Of a stretch of 64,000 nt of DNA, positions 25,930 through 48,451 are shown in pieces. The notes below the pieces were generated by a model. It was not told the origin of the DNA and searched no databases. It saw only the letters and a list, made by a program, of their open reading frames with translations. The position numbers were made by a program, and so were the translations under genes. Numbering within the stretch: the first letter of the stretch is position 1; every line of letters starts with the position of its first letter. The stretch is from the human T2T-CHM13v2.0 reference genome, Homo sapiens: NCBI RefSeq assembly GCF_009914755.1, contig NC_060932.1, one strand, 5' to 3'.

Positions 25930-27367
25930 GCCAGGCATGGTGGCTCACACCTGTAATCTCAGCACTTCGGGAGGCCAAGGCAGGCTGATTGCTTAAGCTC
26001 AGGAGTTTGAGACCAGCCTGGGCAACATAGTGAGATCCCTGTCTCTACAAAAAATACAAAAATTAGCCAGGCATGGTGGTGTGTGCCTATAGTACCAGGT
26101 ACTTAGGAGACTGCAGTGGGGATGATGGCTTTAACTTGGGAGGTGGAGGTTGCAGTGAGCTGAGATTGCACCACTGCACTCCAGCCTGGGAGACAGAGCC
26201 TGTCTTTAAAAAAAAAAAAAAAAAAAAACAGTCTTTTTAAGTCAGAAAATAATTGACCAGCATACTCCTGATGTACATCTCATGTATCCAGATTACAGTT
26301 CAATATGTAAAATAATAATAATGCACTTTCAGAAATTCCTTAGGAACACATCTATTGCATAAAATACATCTACTATCTTTTCTTGGTGTCTTTTGGAATT
26401 CTCTAAATGGCAGAGATTGTTGGTAGTTTACTCCATTATCCATTCCACCCTTCTTCCTTAGTAATTACACCCAGTTTTATTTGAATAGACAACACACCCT
26501 GCTAAAAGACCACATTTACCAGACTCCCTTGCAGCTAGGTGTGGGCCTGTGATGTGACTATCTCTTGGCCAATTGTCGTAGGGGAAATTCTGAGTGAGAC
26601 TTCTGAAACTTCTCCTTAAAGAAAAGAAGTGAACCCTGCTTCATATTTTCCTCATACTTGCTGCCTAGAATGTGGATGTAATGATTGGTGTTCTGGCAGC
26701 CATTTTGGGGATGAGGTGAAAGCCACATACAGAAGATCCACAATAGAAAGGTCTGTGTTGATATTATGGAGCCACCCCATCCAGCCCTAGACTGCCTACC
26801 TCTGGACTTCTTTTAGATGAGAGAGAAACAAACTTCATTGTGTCTAAGACACTTGTTTTGTCTTTTGTTTTCTATTACATGCAGCAAAACCTAACTCTAA
26901 CTAATATACTTTATTTTTAAATAAAGCAATCCTTTATAATTCTGCTCTAATTAAGAGCAGCAAATATTAAGGAAATTGATTCAGGCTTTTGTACAGGAGC
27001 ATAGCTTTAAGAAGAATGTTACACTTTTTTTTTCTTCCAGTTTATGGTTAATATTGCCTTTAAGGGCCAGGTACAGTGGCTCATGTCTGTTATCTCAGCA
27101 ATTTGGGAAGCCAAGGTGGGAGGATCGCTTGAGTTCAGGAGCTCAAGACCAGCCTGGAAAACACAGGGAGACCTTACCTCTACAAAAAAAAAAAAAAAAA
27201 AATTAGCTGGGTGTGGTGGCACATGCCAGTGGTCCCAGCTACTTGGGAGACTGAAGTAGGAGGATCACCTCAGTCTGGGAAGTTGAGGCTGCAGTGAGAC
27301 ATGATTGCACCACTGCACTCCAGCCTGGGTGACAGAGCGTGACCCTGTCTTTAAAAAAATTTTTTAT

Positions 27368-27398
<31 letters not shown>

Positions 27399-27400
27399 TA
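25930..27400 (+). mobile_element. Alu (25930-26228), MLT1J-like LTR (about 26410-26900) and AluJ with (TA)n tail (27065-27400)
   Basis: Consensus motifs, including the MLT1J-type cccagactcccttgcagctagg. Confidence 0.75.
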
Positions 27401-28740
27401 TAATTTAAGAACTTAATATATTTTTGTTGTGGCTGTATGTTTACATTATTCTTTAGTGCATTTGCTTGACCCAAATTTTAATGATGTCTTCATAAACAGA
27501 GCACAAGTTTTATCTTTGAAAACATTACCTAAAGCTAACAAAGCTAATTAAGTTAACAATACATTTCTTTTTTCCCTCATTTCCTCTTACTAGGATAAAA
27601 CTAGCACTACTTAATCTGCTTCTAGGGATGATCTGCCTTATTTATGGGGCTCATTTGGTTACAGTTCTCTGCCCTGCTTCAGATTCTTTAAGATGATCAA
27701 AATCTTGGACTCGGAACCTGCCCTGCAAAATAGAGACCTCTGTGTCCTAGTCCATACAAGCCTTCTATAAGTGCTATGTGTCAGTTTTGACTTTGTGTGT
27801 TTCCCTGGAAAACAAGGGAATGACGCCATGGTACATTTATATGGTTTCCTTGAGCCACAAAATGACTTTAATCGACTGTACTTGTGAGGGGGCCCAGCAC
27901 TCAGGATGAGTTCAAACACTGAACTGTCTGCTCTCTCTACCTCCCAGGTTCCCCTCTACCCAGAGCTTTGTAGATAAAATTCGAGATTAAAATGCAGACT
28001 ATCCTTACAAAATCCTCTTGGAAACCCAATTTTCAAAATGAAAGGTCTGAACTTTTCATTCCAAGAGCCAAAATAAGTAAAAAAAATAAAGAGTTTCTGG
28101 AACTAAAACGTGTTAAATATTTGGATAAAGCAATACAAGGGTACTGACTAATGTGCTGATTTTGCTAACCTCAGAGATTAATTATGGATTTCGATTCATG
28201 TGCAAACTTAAGATACATAGTGTGGTTGTTTTTCTTGAAAACTTTAAATAGATTACTACTTTCTCCATTTTACTGAGTTAACTCTTTAGCTACTCATTGT
28301 ACAAGTATTTCCTGAATCAAGTAGCTTACATTTTTTTCATCCACATTTGAGAGCACTTCTCCCTTTTAATGAGGCTACTTCAGTTAATTACTTTTCTCTT
28401 TCTTCTTTTTAATACATACAATAATCTCAGCCTAAGAGGGTCCATCCTGCCTGAGAGGTTGGATTTTATTATATTACTCTTTTAAAAAGAGTTTCCTTGA
28501 TTCTTTTATTGCTTTGATTTACTGCTCTCTAGCACATCTTGAATTGTTCAGTCACCAAGAGGCAGTGAATTTATTTTCCCTGGAAAAGGTACGTTCAGTT
28601 CTAGAAGAAAGAGAAATAATTACAAAACACAGCTATTTTCTTAGAAAAAAGCTGGAAAGTCAAGTAAAGATCAATGTTAACTAAAGATGTCATCCATCCT
28701 CTTAGTCTAAATTTAAATGAAAACATTAGAAAAGTTTCCT

Positions 28741-29025
28741 GGCCGGGTGCGGTGGCTCATGCCTGTAATCCCAGCACTTTAGGAGGCCGAGGCGGGCGGA
28801 TCATGAGGTCAGGAGATCGAGACCATCCTGGCTAACGTGGTGCAACCCTGTCTCTACTAAAAAAAAAAATACAAAAAATCAGCCGGGCGTGGTGGCAGGG
28901 ACCTGTAGCCCCAGCTACTCGGGAGGCTGAGGCAAGAGAATGGTGTGAACCCGGAAGGCGGAGCTTGCAGTGAGCTGAGATGCACCACTGCACTCCAGCC
29001 TGGGCGACAGAGTGAGACTCCATCT

Positions 29026-29056
<31 letters not shown>

Positions 29057-29057
29057 G
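28741..29057 (+). mobile_element. AluY element
   Basis: AluY diagnostics (gagatcgagaccatcctggctaac, gcggagcttgcag); TSD agaaaagtttcc. Confidence 0.9.
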
Positions 29058-29125
29058 TTTCCCAATATTTTCTATTATATTTTAAAATATCAATATAATA
29101 TTCTACAAAAGAATTAAGTTTATGA

Positions 29126-29450
<325 letters not shown>

Positions 29451-30155
29451 CAGGCATTGGTATTTCTAATCATTTAAAAAAAAAATTGTACTGTCTTGTT
29501 TGGGACATACTTGTATCATGATAACGACTAGGCAATTAAAACAGTTTAAAATATAATTTTTTCACAGCCTTCTCACCAACCTTTTTGATGAGTTACTAGG
29601 CCTTTAATAAATATAATAATAAATAAACACTAGAACAATAAAGTTTAATTTTATATTGAGGAAAAAAAATAGCCTTGAGAGTTTATTTTACTACTTCCCC
29701 CAACTGTTAAAGGCATTTTCATTTGGCACAATGGAAGTATCAAGAAGCTATGGATTCTTTCTAGAGATAAACTTATAATAAGATCATCCCCACTGTGTTA
29801 AAGACCCCCTCAAGACCCTGACTTGAAGATGTAGCTTCTGTAATAAATCTGAAAGCCTCCATGTCAGAGAAGGCTGAAACAAAATGATACAAAGTCGAGG
29901 GTTAGAATTCTCAGTAACCCAAAGATGACTTCTCATTGGAAAAATGACTTCAATTCTAAAGACAGGCTTCCTTCTGCCCTGCCATCCTGACCACTGAGCT
30001 ACCAGAGGGAAGAGGAGCTCACTTCTGTGGTTTGGAGTCCTCCCTTTAGGACTAGACCTGCTGGCTCAGGGAGCTCATGAGTGTAGTTTGGTCTCCAACT
30101 GTTGGCTGATAGTGGGAACGTAAAGTGAAAAATAGACACAGATAAGAGCACTCAC

Positions 30156-30233
30156 CATTTCTGTATTCTCAGCAGCTAGCTTTACCATCTTTTCTGAGAT
30201 CATCTTTTTCAAGCAGCTACTCAGCAAAAAAGC
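30156..30233 (-). CDS. SNX31: SNX31 coding exon, 78 nt, AFLLSSCLKKMISEKMVKLAAENTEM (last FERM F3 helix)
   Basis: tcttag|GCT acceptor, ATG|gtgagt donor, phase 0/0. Confidence 0.95.
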
Positions 30234-30774
30234 CTAAGAAATGCAGGAATAAAGAACTCTTGTAACCGAAGAAATCTTCACTCTCTTTCTTCCCTCCTCA
30301 CATCACAAAGCGGATTTTGACTCTGCCCTCCAATAACACAGATTCAAGAATTTAGATTTCTTCATTAACCTCTAGAAGTTTTCATAAGATCCAATTAGTA
30401 AGTAACTATAAATTTTCTCAATTATGTGGATATATTTACAGCAGATTTTTTAAAGAAATGAAAAATGTCCAGGATCTCACTATTAACATTTTTCCTCTTA
30501 AAACTCACCCCCTTGCATCCCATGTTTTCTATTATTTTGTAAGCAGATAATGTTTTATGAGCAATAAACAATAAAAACTAATTATTATTATTATAATGAG
30601 ATGAACTGATGATGGTCAATCCTATATTTAATTCTAGACATTGTATACATAATTATTGAGAGACCTCTACTGGGCATAAAAGTAACTGGTTTGTTTGAAG
30701 GAATATATTAGCACCTTATTGCTTTTACTAAACTGAAAAAAAAGATCAGCTGTTTTTCTTCACTTCACTTTCTT

Positions 30775-32265
<1,491 letters not shown>

Positions 32266-33047
32266 AACGATTCAGATTTCATTTAAAAGGTCTCAAAAAG
32301 ATTTGGGCCCAAGCCCTCATTTGTATTTGCAAAGCACACAAGTCACATTTCCACCTTTTACAAAAGTAGCCCTTGAGTGTGTACAACTATTATATATCCA
32401 TAAAAATTATAATGTTTTTAAAAAGTAGCCTTTGGGTGTACATCAATAAAACTCACACTCCAGGGGAAATAAGACCTTACTAGGAATCCTTTGAAAGAAT
32501 GTTTATTGCACCTCTTTATGGTGGTTTAAACTCATTTGCTACTGCCTAGATTGAAAAATCATAGTAAAATTTAACCGCACTTAGCATTCTGAGGTTGGGA
32601 GGTAGTTTTACTACCCAAATCTCTCTATGTCTCTCCAAGTGACTGATAATCTTGCCTTAGCAAACCAGTCTACTATTTCCCCAAAGATGTTTCATACTTA
32701 AGGTGGACCTAAGGACCCACTCCTTTAACCTAGAATTTTGGTTTAGTACTTCATGTTTTCAGAGGACTTTGATATAATGACTCAACTATACTAGAAGTAA
32801 AGAGTCAAAAGGGGCCTTGGTTTCTGAACCAGAATGTTCCATGGAACTTAGCCTGATCACCAGAGACTCAAGTTGAATATGACATCGATGCAAAGAGTAC
32901 TTTACTATTTTGATTCCATTTCAGAACACCTACAATTTTGGTTTCAATTTGAAATGGCTTAATTTAGTAAAAAGGACTTTTCAATTGGATTTGGTGTTTA
33001 GATTTTCTCTTTTTTAGCATTTCCACTCCAATTTTAGTTAAAAGCCT

Positions 33048-34710
33048 ATGGTAGACATGGATAGTTGGCTACCCAACAGCCATTGCCCCTTCTTCTTTCC
33101 TAAGAGACCCTGATTTTGTTTGGGACGATAACATGCTCAGCCCCAGGCAATGGTTCATGCTTACTCTAAGCCAATCATAAATCCTGTTTCTCTTTGCTAG
33201 ATGCTTGGTTCCCAGACTCCCTTGCAGCTAGGAGTGGTCATATGATCCAGTTCTGGCCATTGAAACATAATAGGAAGTCTACTGCGGGGTTTCTGGGGTA
33301 AAACTTTTGCTTTCCAGATAAGAGAGATATGGGTTGAGCATCCCTAATCCAAAAGTCCAAAATGTGAAACTTTTTGAGCCACTTAAATGATGCCACAAGT
33401 GGGAAATTCCACACCTGATCTCCTGTGACTAGTAACAGTCAAAAACCAGATGTACAGCACAGATTCTGTTGCTGTTGTTTCACAGGTTTCACAGCTGATA
33501 CAGGTATTCCAGTGATGCTATTGTGCTGATTAGCTACCCTGAACACATAATTTTTCACTGCATTAATGGTACGTCATGTTTTCTACTGTTGATTATGTAT
33601 ATGTGAATAAGTATAAGAAATGGATTGCTTATCAGTAGCATATAAATTCAGAGTCAGGAATGATGGTGATGCCCGACAACCACAGATGGTCCACATGGGT
33701 GGCTGAGGTAGTGACATCTTTGCTTTCTGATGGCTCAATGTCCACAAACTTTGTTCCATGCACAAATTTATTTAAAATATCATATAAAATTACCTTCAGG
33801 CTATGTGTTTAAGGTGTATATGAAACATAATTGAATTTCATGTTTAGACTTGGGTCCCATCCTCAAGATATCTCATTATATACAATTATACATCAGTTAA
33901 TGATGATGGGGGTATGTTCTGAGAAATGCATCATTAGGCAAGTTTGTCATTGTGCAAACAACATAGAGTGTAGTTACACAAACCTAGATGGTATAGCTTG
34001 CTATATACCTAAGCTAGATGATAGAGCCTCCCACTCTTAGGCTATAAACCTGTACAGTATGCTACTATACTGAATAAATTCTGAGGCAATTGTAACACAA
34101 TGATAAGTATGTGTATCACCTAAACATAGAAAAGGTACTACAGGAAAAAGGTGAAACATTAAAAAAAAACATAAAAAAGGTACAGTAAAAATACTGAGTT
34201 ATAAACTTATGGGACCACTGCCATATATACAGACTGTCATTGACCAAAATGTTATGTACCACATGAATGTATATGCAAATATTTCAAGATTTAAAAAAAT
34301 CTGCAATTGGAAACAATTCTGGTGCTAAGCATTTGGGATAAGGGATACTCAACCAGTGGCTTTTTATCTGCTTGGAAAAGGTCAAGAGAATAATAGGGAT
34401 GCCAATCATCTACCTTCAGTATTTTTATTAACTAAGATCATAAAAATCTGTATTGCCTAAGTCAGGGGTTGGCAAACAAGGCCAGACCACCATCTGTTTC
34501 TATAAATAAAGTTTTATTGGAACATAGCCAGACTCACTTGTTTATATACTGCCTATGGCTGCTTTTAACAGAGTTGAGCAGTTGCAACAGAGACTGTATG
34601 GATCTCAAATCCTAAAATATTTACTATCCTTTAAGAAAAAGTCTATGGACTCCTGGTCTAAGCCACTGTTGGTTGAATCTTCTATTAATTGGTAACTAAA
34701 TTCATTTCTA
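33048..34710. mobile_element. Nested cluster: MLT1J-like LTR containing Tigger4/MER46-like (about 33330-34355), itself containing Tigger3-like (about 33880-34270), plus MER58A-like (about 34462-34655)
   Basis: Inverted termini ggttgagcatccctaatcc / ggataagggatactcaacc; Tigger3 core gttctgagaaatgcatcattaggc; MER58 core aataaagttttattggaacatagcc. Confidence 0.7.
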
Positions 34711-34910
34711 ACTGATACAAAGGCCACGGTGACTAGTAAAATATAACAAAACATAAAACAAAATAAAAGGTATTACGGTCCCAAACGAGAGTGCATAGAA
34801 CACTTTAGGGTCCTGCTCTAGTTGGGTTAGGGTCATGTGCTTCATCCACCCCAGCAAGCAAGACAGCATTTCAGCACAGAGGGTGTTCAAGGTCTGCCCT
34901 GAGAACTCAC

Positions 34911-35024
34911 CTGTTTGGTGTAAATAACAAACCACTGCCAGCAACTATCCTCACTGTATTGAAATCTGAGCTCTAAGTTCTGGTTGAGAGTTCTCTGGGG
35001 CCCATCCGTATCCAGCAGAGTTCC
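34911..35024 (-). CDS. SNX31: SNX31 coding exon, 114 nt, GTLLDTDGPQRTLNQNLELRFQYSEDSCWQWFVIYTKQ (FERM F3)
   Basis: ttgtag|GGA acceptor, CAG|gtgagt donor, phase 0/0. Confidence 0.95.
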
Positions 35025-35050
35025 CTACAAAGGAAAATATTTTATATTCA

Positions 35051-37897
<2,847 letters not shown>

Positions 37898-37899
37898 CC

Positions 37900-41250
<3,351 letters not shown>

Positions 41251-41321
41251 TCCAGGAGGAAAGAGTGGTGTAGGGAGAAGAATTAGGAAACTGTTCAATC
41301 CATCCACACAGGGCATGTTGA

Positions 41322-41570
<249 letters not shown>

Positions 41571-42683
41571 TAAGGGAGACTTTTGAGGGACAGCAAAGTA
41601 TAGAATGGATAGGCCTCCATTAGCACTTAAATGTGTAGGGTCAGAGAAAGAGAAAACTCAGAGATAACTTCAAGATTTCTGGTTTGGCAATTAGGGTGTG
41701 GTAGTGGAAGTTCCCTTGACCAAGTAGGGAACACAGACAGAAGAACCCCATGAAAGGCATAAGGTGGAAAAGGACTCGTCTGCTTCAGGGAAAGGCTGCG
41801 TTTGAGATGTCTGTGAGACACCTGGTTGAAGGCATCCAGAGGTAGAAAAAACTGGGCCTTTGAGCAGGGTCTGGGCATTGATTTCAGAGAATATGTAGAG
41901 GAATGATGCTAGAATGCAATGCCAGAAACACCAGAATTTCAGGAATGCTCAGAGGGAGAAGTGGCCTACAAAAGTAGGGGAGAAAGGAGAGAGATCTTTG
42001 AGAAGTAAGAAATGGTTGACAGTATCGAATGCCACAGAGAGGTCAAGTATGAGCCCAGCTAAAAAATCGCCAGGGATTCCATGGATTTAACAAGTGGGTG
42101 TCATGCTCTGATAGCTTTTGCCCTCTATTAGTTAACCTCAGTTTCCTGTGTAAAGAGGATAACACCACTTAGCTCACTGGGGTCTTATAGGCTGAATTAA
42201 ATAATAGATGAGACAGTGCAGCGCAGCCCCTGGTACAAAGTGGGCACTCAATAAATCTAATAAGGGTTTCTCTTGGGAGAAGCTGGCAATGCAAGCATGA
42301 TGCCAAGGTGTTGTAAGAAGAGCTCTGCCAGTCAGTGCCAGTCTTGAAGGGTAGAGACCTTGTCAACACTGAGCACGTAGTAAGTGCTCAATAAATGGTA
42401 GCTGTTATTGCCATCTGCTGTTATTACTACAGCCACCCTTCAAGCAGTAGGGAGGCCTGTTGTTAGGAAGGTGGAAAGATCAATGTCTCTGCTTCTCTGG
42501 GTGGGGAACGTGCATCAGACTACAGATAGGTTTTACCACTAGGTGATATTTAATGTGGCTTAGATGTCACTCCACTCAAGGTACAGATTCAAATGGCAAA
42601 CCTGTCTCCCTAGTGTCAACTTTGTCATCCAAGGGTACTAGGATTTTTAAGTCATGGGCAAAGCAAGGTGCCAAGATACTCAC

Positions 42684-42887
42684 AAGGAAAGTGACCTGCC
42701 AGCACTTCACCCTGCTCATCTGGAAAACGATGTCCTGGGTCTGGCTGTCAGGCAGGGTGATGCAGCAGCTGATCTCATTATTGCCAACAGAAAGAACAGC
42801 TCCAGAGCCTGATTCTGGGTAGTCACAGGTACAAGGATCCAGCTGCAGGTATCCATAGTGCCGTACCTCCCGGGCCAGCTCCAAAAA
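42684..42887 (-). CDS. SNX31: SNX31 coding exon, 204 nt, FLELAREVRHYGYLQLDPCTCDYP...FQMSRVKCWQVTFL (FERM F2/F3)
   Basis: gcag|TTT acceptor, CTT|gtgagt donor; lies inside ORF 42576..42998; HYGY..DPC.CDYP motif shared with SNX17. Confidence 0.97.
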
Positions 42888-43272
42888 CTGCTCCAAAGAG
42901 GGTGATGTGGGGGGAGGGGAGGCAAGAGGAAGCAAAAGACCACTTGAAACAGATGAAAACCTCATGTCAGAAGCTACTGCCATTCTAGGATAATACATGG
43001 AACTGAGTCACAGTGAAAGCTCCTTTTCTTGATCCTACACATAGAGATAATGCCCCTGGTGCTCACCAGAAGCCCGGGGGAAATTCATGGAGTGTCCTTC
43101 CAGGGAAGGGACCATTCCTGCCTCTTTCACCACTGTGTCCCTGCCCCTGTTATGGTGCTTGGTACACAGTGGAAATGAAAATATTCCATGAGTAAATGAA
43201 GAATGAAGAAAAGAGTCCATAAAATGGATGAACAGATATGATTCTGTCTCAGCAGATTATAATAGCAAGTAA

Positions 43273-43588
<316 letters not shown>

Positions 43589-46393
43589 AAAATGTTGGCT
43601 TTTAAAAAACTAAGCTGAGATCTATGTAGGAAGAAAAGTGGTTCATTTCTACAGGCTGCTTTATATGATGGTGGTAGTAATTGCCAGAGAAAGAGATTTT
43701 AGAAATGGCAATGAGGGCACGAGCTGGTCTGCTTTCTAAATAGAATTCCAGAGATTCCCCCAGTTGCCCAGGGAAGACTTTTAAAATTTAGCTTTTCCCT
43801 CTGCTTCTGAAGTAACCTAAGAACTGAGGACAGTTGCATTCACACCACTGATCAAGGCATCCTGTCACATTAACGTCTGTCCAGGGCTTTCCATTTTGTT
43901 AATGATTGCATTTAAATAAGCTGGTATAGGTTTGGTGAACTCCACTCTGTTCTTCCAGCTTTCGCCATGGGCCTGGCCTAATGGTATGTGAGATGTGCAT
44001 GTGGAGAACAGAGTTCCCACTTTAGCACATGGTTAAATCAGAAAGAGGACTACCTAGTGACAACTTGTGATCCTTTCCTGAAGCAAGGTAACTCACACCT
44101 CCTTTACAAGGACTCCGGAGGCGTTCTCTGATACAGTGAAACAGGCTGAGTCAGAAGCAGTAAGGGACAGCTGACTCCTGATCTCATGCTGGCAGGAGTA
44201 TTCAAAGCCACTGTCCCATCCAGCCACATGTGCCAGCTCATTGTGCTATGGTCCAGGCTTCAGCTTGGGAGATGCATTAAGGTGCTGGCCTTCAGTTGGG
44301 TCAGTGAGAAACATCAGAAAGGACAGGTTGTAAGTACATGGTACTTGCGCAGTGATTGGGGGCAGGAGCTGAGTCATCTTGTCACAGAGCAGACAGAGAG
44401 TAGTGTCATGCTTTTGCTACAACACTTTCTAAGTGATATGGTATAAATTTATAATTGTTTATCTTATTGTTTGATAACACTTCTTTAAAATTGTAATAAT
44501 CTCTTGGCTGCAATGAGCTAAAAGAAAGGAAAGTGTTTGTTTAATTAAAAGTGAAGCTCTATTTTGCAAGAAAGGTGGTGATGAGTAAGTAACTTATGTA
44601 AAATGCCTGTTGGCATTTGACATTCGATAAAAGGGTGTTGTGATATTACTAACTATATGAACACCAGAAGACAGAATTCTACAAGGATTCTCTACTTGAA
44701 AATTAGTTAAGATTGTACCTAAAAAAGACAATTTAACATACACAGCTGCAGAAAGTATGTTTATATTAATATATTTTCATTTTGATCAGGGATTGGTAAA
44801 CTTTTATGTAAAGAACCATCTAGTAAACATTTTCAGCTATACAGACATATGGTCCCTGTTGCAACTACTTACCTCTGCCACTGCAACACAAAAGCAGCCT
44901 TAGACAATACATGAATGAGTGATTGTAACTGTGTGCCAATAAAACTTTATTTGCAAAATAAGTGGCCCATGGACCACAGCCTTTCTCTGATTTAGATCAA
45001 ATGACTCTTTCTTAAGTTAATTTCATTCATTTCACTTCCAAGTTTTCTTGTACAGAAAGTATAGTTGTTAATGTGTTTGCTCCATTAGCAGAAGAACTTG
45101 ACAAACAAATAATGTTGGTTACATATCAGTACATGTAGATGCTTTGAGAGAAAGTAAATCTCAATAATAATTAAATTTTTAAATTCAATTTATGTACTCA
45201 AAGCAAAGCTTTTTTAAAATAGCATTATTACAAATAGTATGGTAAATTCAGATAAAATGTTTATCATAGAAGATAAAATTTATTTTGTGGAAAAACTACA
45301 AATACACATTTTGGCAGGGCATGGTAAGAACAATAGTCTTACTAAATTAAGAAGTTTATAGGGCAGATATGTGTGAAGACTTGGTTGTGGTGTACACAGT
45401 TTGTAATTGCATCTGAAGTAACAGCAATATTCTATCCATCAAAATAGAAGCTGCACTTGTTAAAATTTACAAACACACAGAGAAACTGAACTCTTTTTTT
45501 TTTTTTTGTGACAAAGCTGAGGTAGAACACTGGGCTGGCAGGTGGGGGGGATATTAAATTGTGGCAGTATGTGCCTTTCCTTTTTCTCTTTTTGCAGTTC
45601 ATCAGTAAAAATCTCAAAGGTCTGAGCCTTTGAGGAATTATTTTCTGTTACGTATAAATGAGTCCTCTAAATTTTGGTTGTATTTCGTTCAAAAATCAAT
45701 GTTGCAGTTGTGAACATTGGCAAAGTCAGAAGAATTTTTAAAAAGACAACACAACAAAACAGAGGCCATTTCTTCTGTTAAAATACGTCTTGTCTGTCAG
45801 ACACATTCGCTGCTTGGGGGCAGGAGGTACGTGATTTGGTAACACCTTTACGGAAACTTTAAAAATGAATGTTTAGAAATATATCCTAAGGAATAATAGA
45901 ACACGTACTCAAAGAGGATGCTGGTTGAAATGTTCAGGGACTTCAGCCAGGAACTGTACCAGGTGCTGTGAATACACAGAGTATGTATAAATTATACACA
46001 GCCCTGGGCCTCATGGCTCTTGCTGCCAAAGTGATTTATAGCAGCAAGAGCTGGAAACAACCTGACTTCCAATAATAGAAAAGTGGTTAGCCAAACGATA
46101 ATATAACCATAAAATGGAATACTCTGTAGTCACTAAAAATAATGCGGAGGATCTATATTAATTAACTCAGCAGAGGACTCACAATATACTGTCTGTATTT
46201 TTTTTAGAATCTTTAAACAATAAGCTTTTATTAATTCTGTACTCAGAACAATCAATGAAGATATTCTTATTTTTTTAAAAAGAGCCCCACTTTTAGTGCT
46301 TGGTAGGTTTATCAGTTACAGAAACAGTTCAATTCTAATATGTTTCTTTAACTCCCTTTCAAGGGATTTCTCTTGGAGCAATATTTGATTCAC

Positions 46394-46486
46394 CTTTGTT
46401 TGACTGTCTTCTTTCTGGAAAGCTTCTAATTTCTGCCTCTGTGCCTGTGTGGGTTTGGCCCATCCTTTTTCAATGTCCTGTATTGC
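46394..46486 (-). CDS. SNX31: SNX31 coding exon, 93 nt, AIQDIEKGWAKPTQAQRQKLEAFQKEDSQTK (FERM F2)
   Basis: ttaag|GCA acceptor, AAG|gtgaat donor, phase 0/0, no stop codon. Confidence 0.95.
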
Positions 46487-48451
46487 CTTAAAATAACATA
46501 AGTTGTAAAATTAGCAGTCTTAGCAGAAATTAATCAATCTGACAAAAACATACTCTTATATGAAGGGATATAAAAACAAACCCAAGTGGATATATATTTA
46601 GGGATTTAGCATATTATAAGTCTTATTTTTTAAATTAGTAAGAAGAGATTGTTCAACAGCTTGGGGACAATTGGCAACACTTGGCAAAAAAGAAAATAAA
46701 ATTAGCTCTTTCCCCACACCACCTAATCAAATAAATTCCAGATAAAGATTTAAATGTATAAGACCATAAAAGAATCAGGAAAAAAATAAAGGTAAATATT
46801 TTTATCTGATCTTGAGGTAGGGAATATCTTTTTTAAGATATAAAAACAAAATGTCATAATGAAGAAATAGTCATATATAATTATGTGAAACATAAAACTT
46901 CTGTACCTGAAAACCAACAACAACAAAACTAAGAATCAAATGGAAAAACAAGGAAAATGATTGCATCATATATATCAAACAGTTAATATTTATATAAAGC
47001 AATAGGAAAAATGTAAGCATCACCAAAAGGAAAATGGGCAACAGCTATGTATTGGCAATTGACAAAATGGAGTTCCAAATAATAAGTATATTTGAATCAT
47101 AAACACAGATATTGGAAAAAATATATTGATAAGGTCATTACTGCTATTGCTTATAGCAATGAAACATTTTCAACTTGATAGTGGCAAACACATGTACAGT
47201 GCTTACTATGTGTCAGGCAATGTTCTAATTGCTTCAGAACAAAAGTCAATCCTTACAGCCACCCTGTGATGTAGGTACTGTTATGAAATGCCCCAAAATG
47301 GGTAACTGAGTTTGGGTATAACTAAATAATAGGCTATGCTATCATTAAAAATTACACAGAATATTTAACAACATGGGAAATGTGTGTAATGTTCATGAAA
47401 AATATCAAATTGCCAAGTAAGAGTCTAGTAGTAGACCCTAATTTTTATAAAACAACAAAAAATAAATATAAAACAACATAAAACCCTCATATGGATACTT
47501 ACAAGTCAAGGAAATGGATGTGCAAATACATGAAATGTATGAAATAAATATACCCAAAGAGTTAATCAATAGTTTATATATCTGGTTGATTTAAGATTTG
47601 GGGTGACATCTACTTTCATTTTTGAACTCTTCCACATTTGCAAACTTTTTATAAGATAAAAACTAATTTCACATTAAAAAAATTAAAGTTGAATATATTG
47701 TTGGGTCCTGTCTGGTCAGCCTAGGGTAACCATCATCAGCAAGTGTTCCCAAACTCCAAATCCCTAATGGGGTTCTTGGTTGCTTCCTAATCCACTGCAG
47801 GCTTCAGCAGAACGACACTGGGCTCAAAGGCAGAAATCGCCTTGAAGGCAATGGCCCCCTGTGGAAGCACGTCAGGACTATGGTGAAGCAACATGAAACG
47901 TGGAAGTAACAAAGCCTGTTGTCTCAGCCTACCCTCCCTGAGCTAGGCACCTTTTCCTGTGCTCTTTCTCTCTCCTCTTGGCACCCAGCTCCCTTCCCCT
48001 TTAGCCAGTCTGGCCCTGGGGAGGCCGTGGAATCAGCTGTCCACCTCCTCAGCCACACACACTCGGCCTGTGCTGCTCTAACTTGTCATGATGGGGCAGA
48101 ATTGGCCATTGTCCCTCAGTTAGGCTGTCAATCCCTAAGGGAAGACCCCGCGCCCGTCGTCTCAGTGTGCCTTGCCCAGTGTCTTACATATGGCAATGCC
48201 CAGCAATTCTTTGCCAATCATCAGGTGCTTATTTTCACCTTAGTCTGAACATAAGCCTATCTGCTACATCCCTCAGTGATATTGGCAGGCTATGCTTTAT
48301 CTCCCAGAGAAGAATGAAAAGCTAAATACGCCTTAAATATTGCTGTTTAGGCTGGGGGAAAAGGACATGGGATTTAGAGAGGAGAAGAAAAATAACAATA
48401 TTTGTTGAAAACTTGTTTTAGATCGACTTTATCATTGACTTTTTCCCAACT

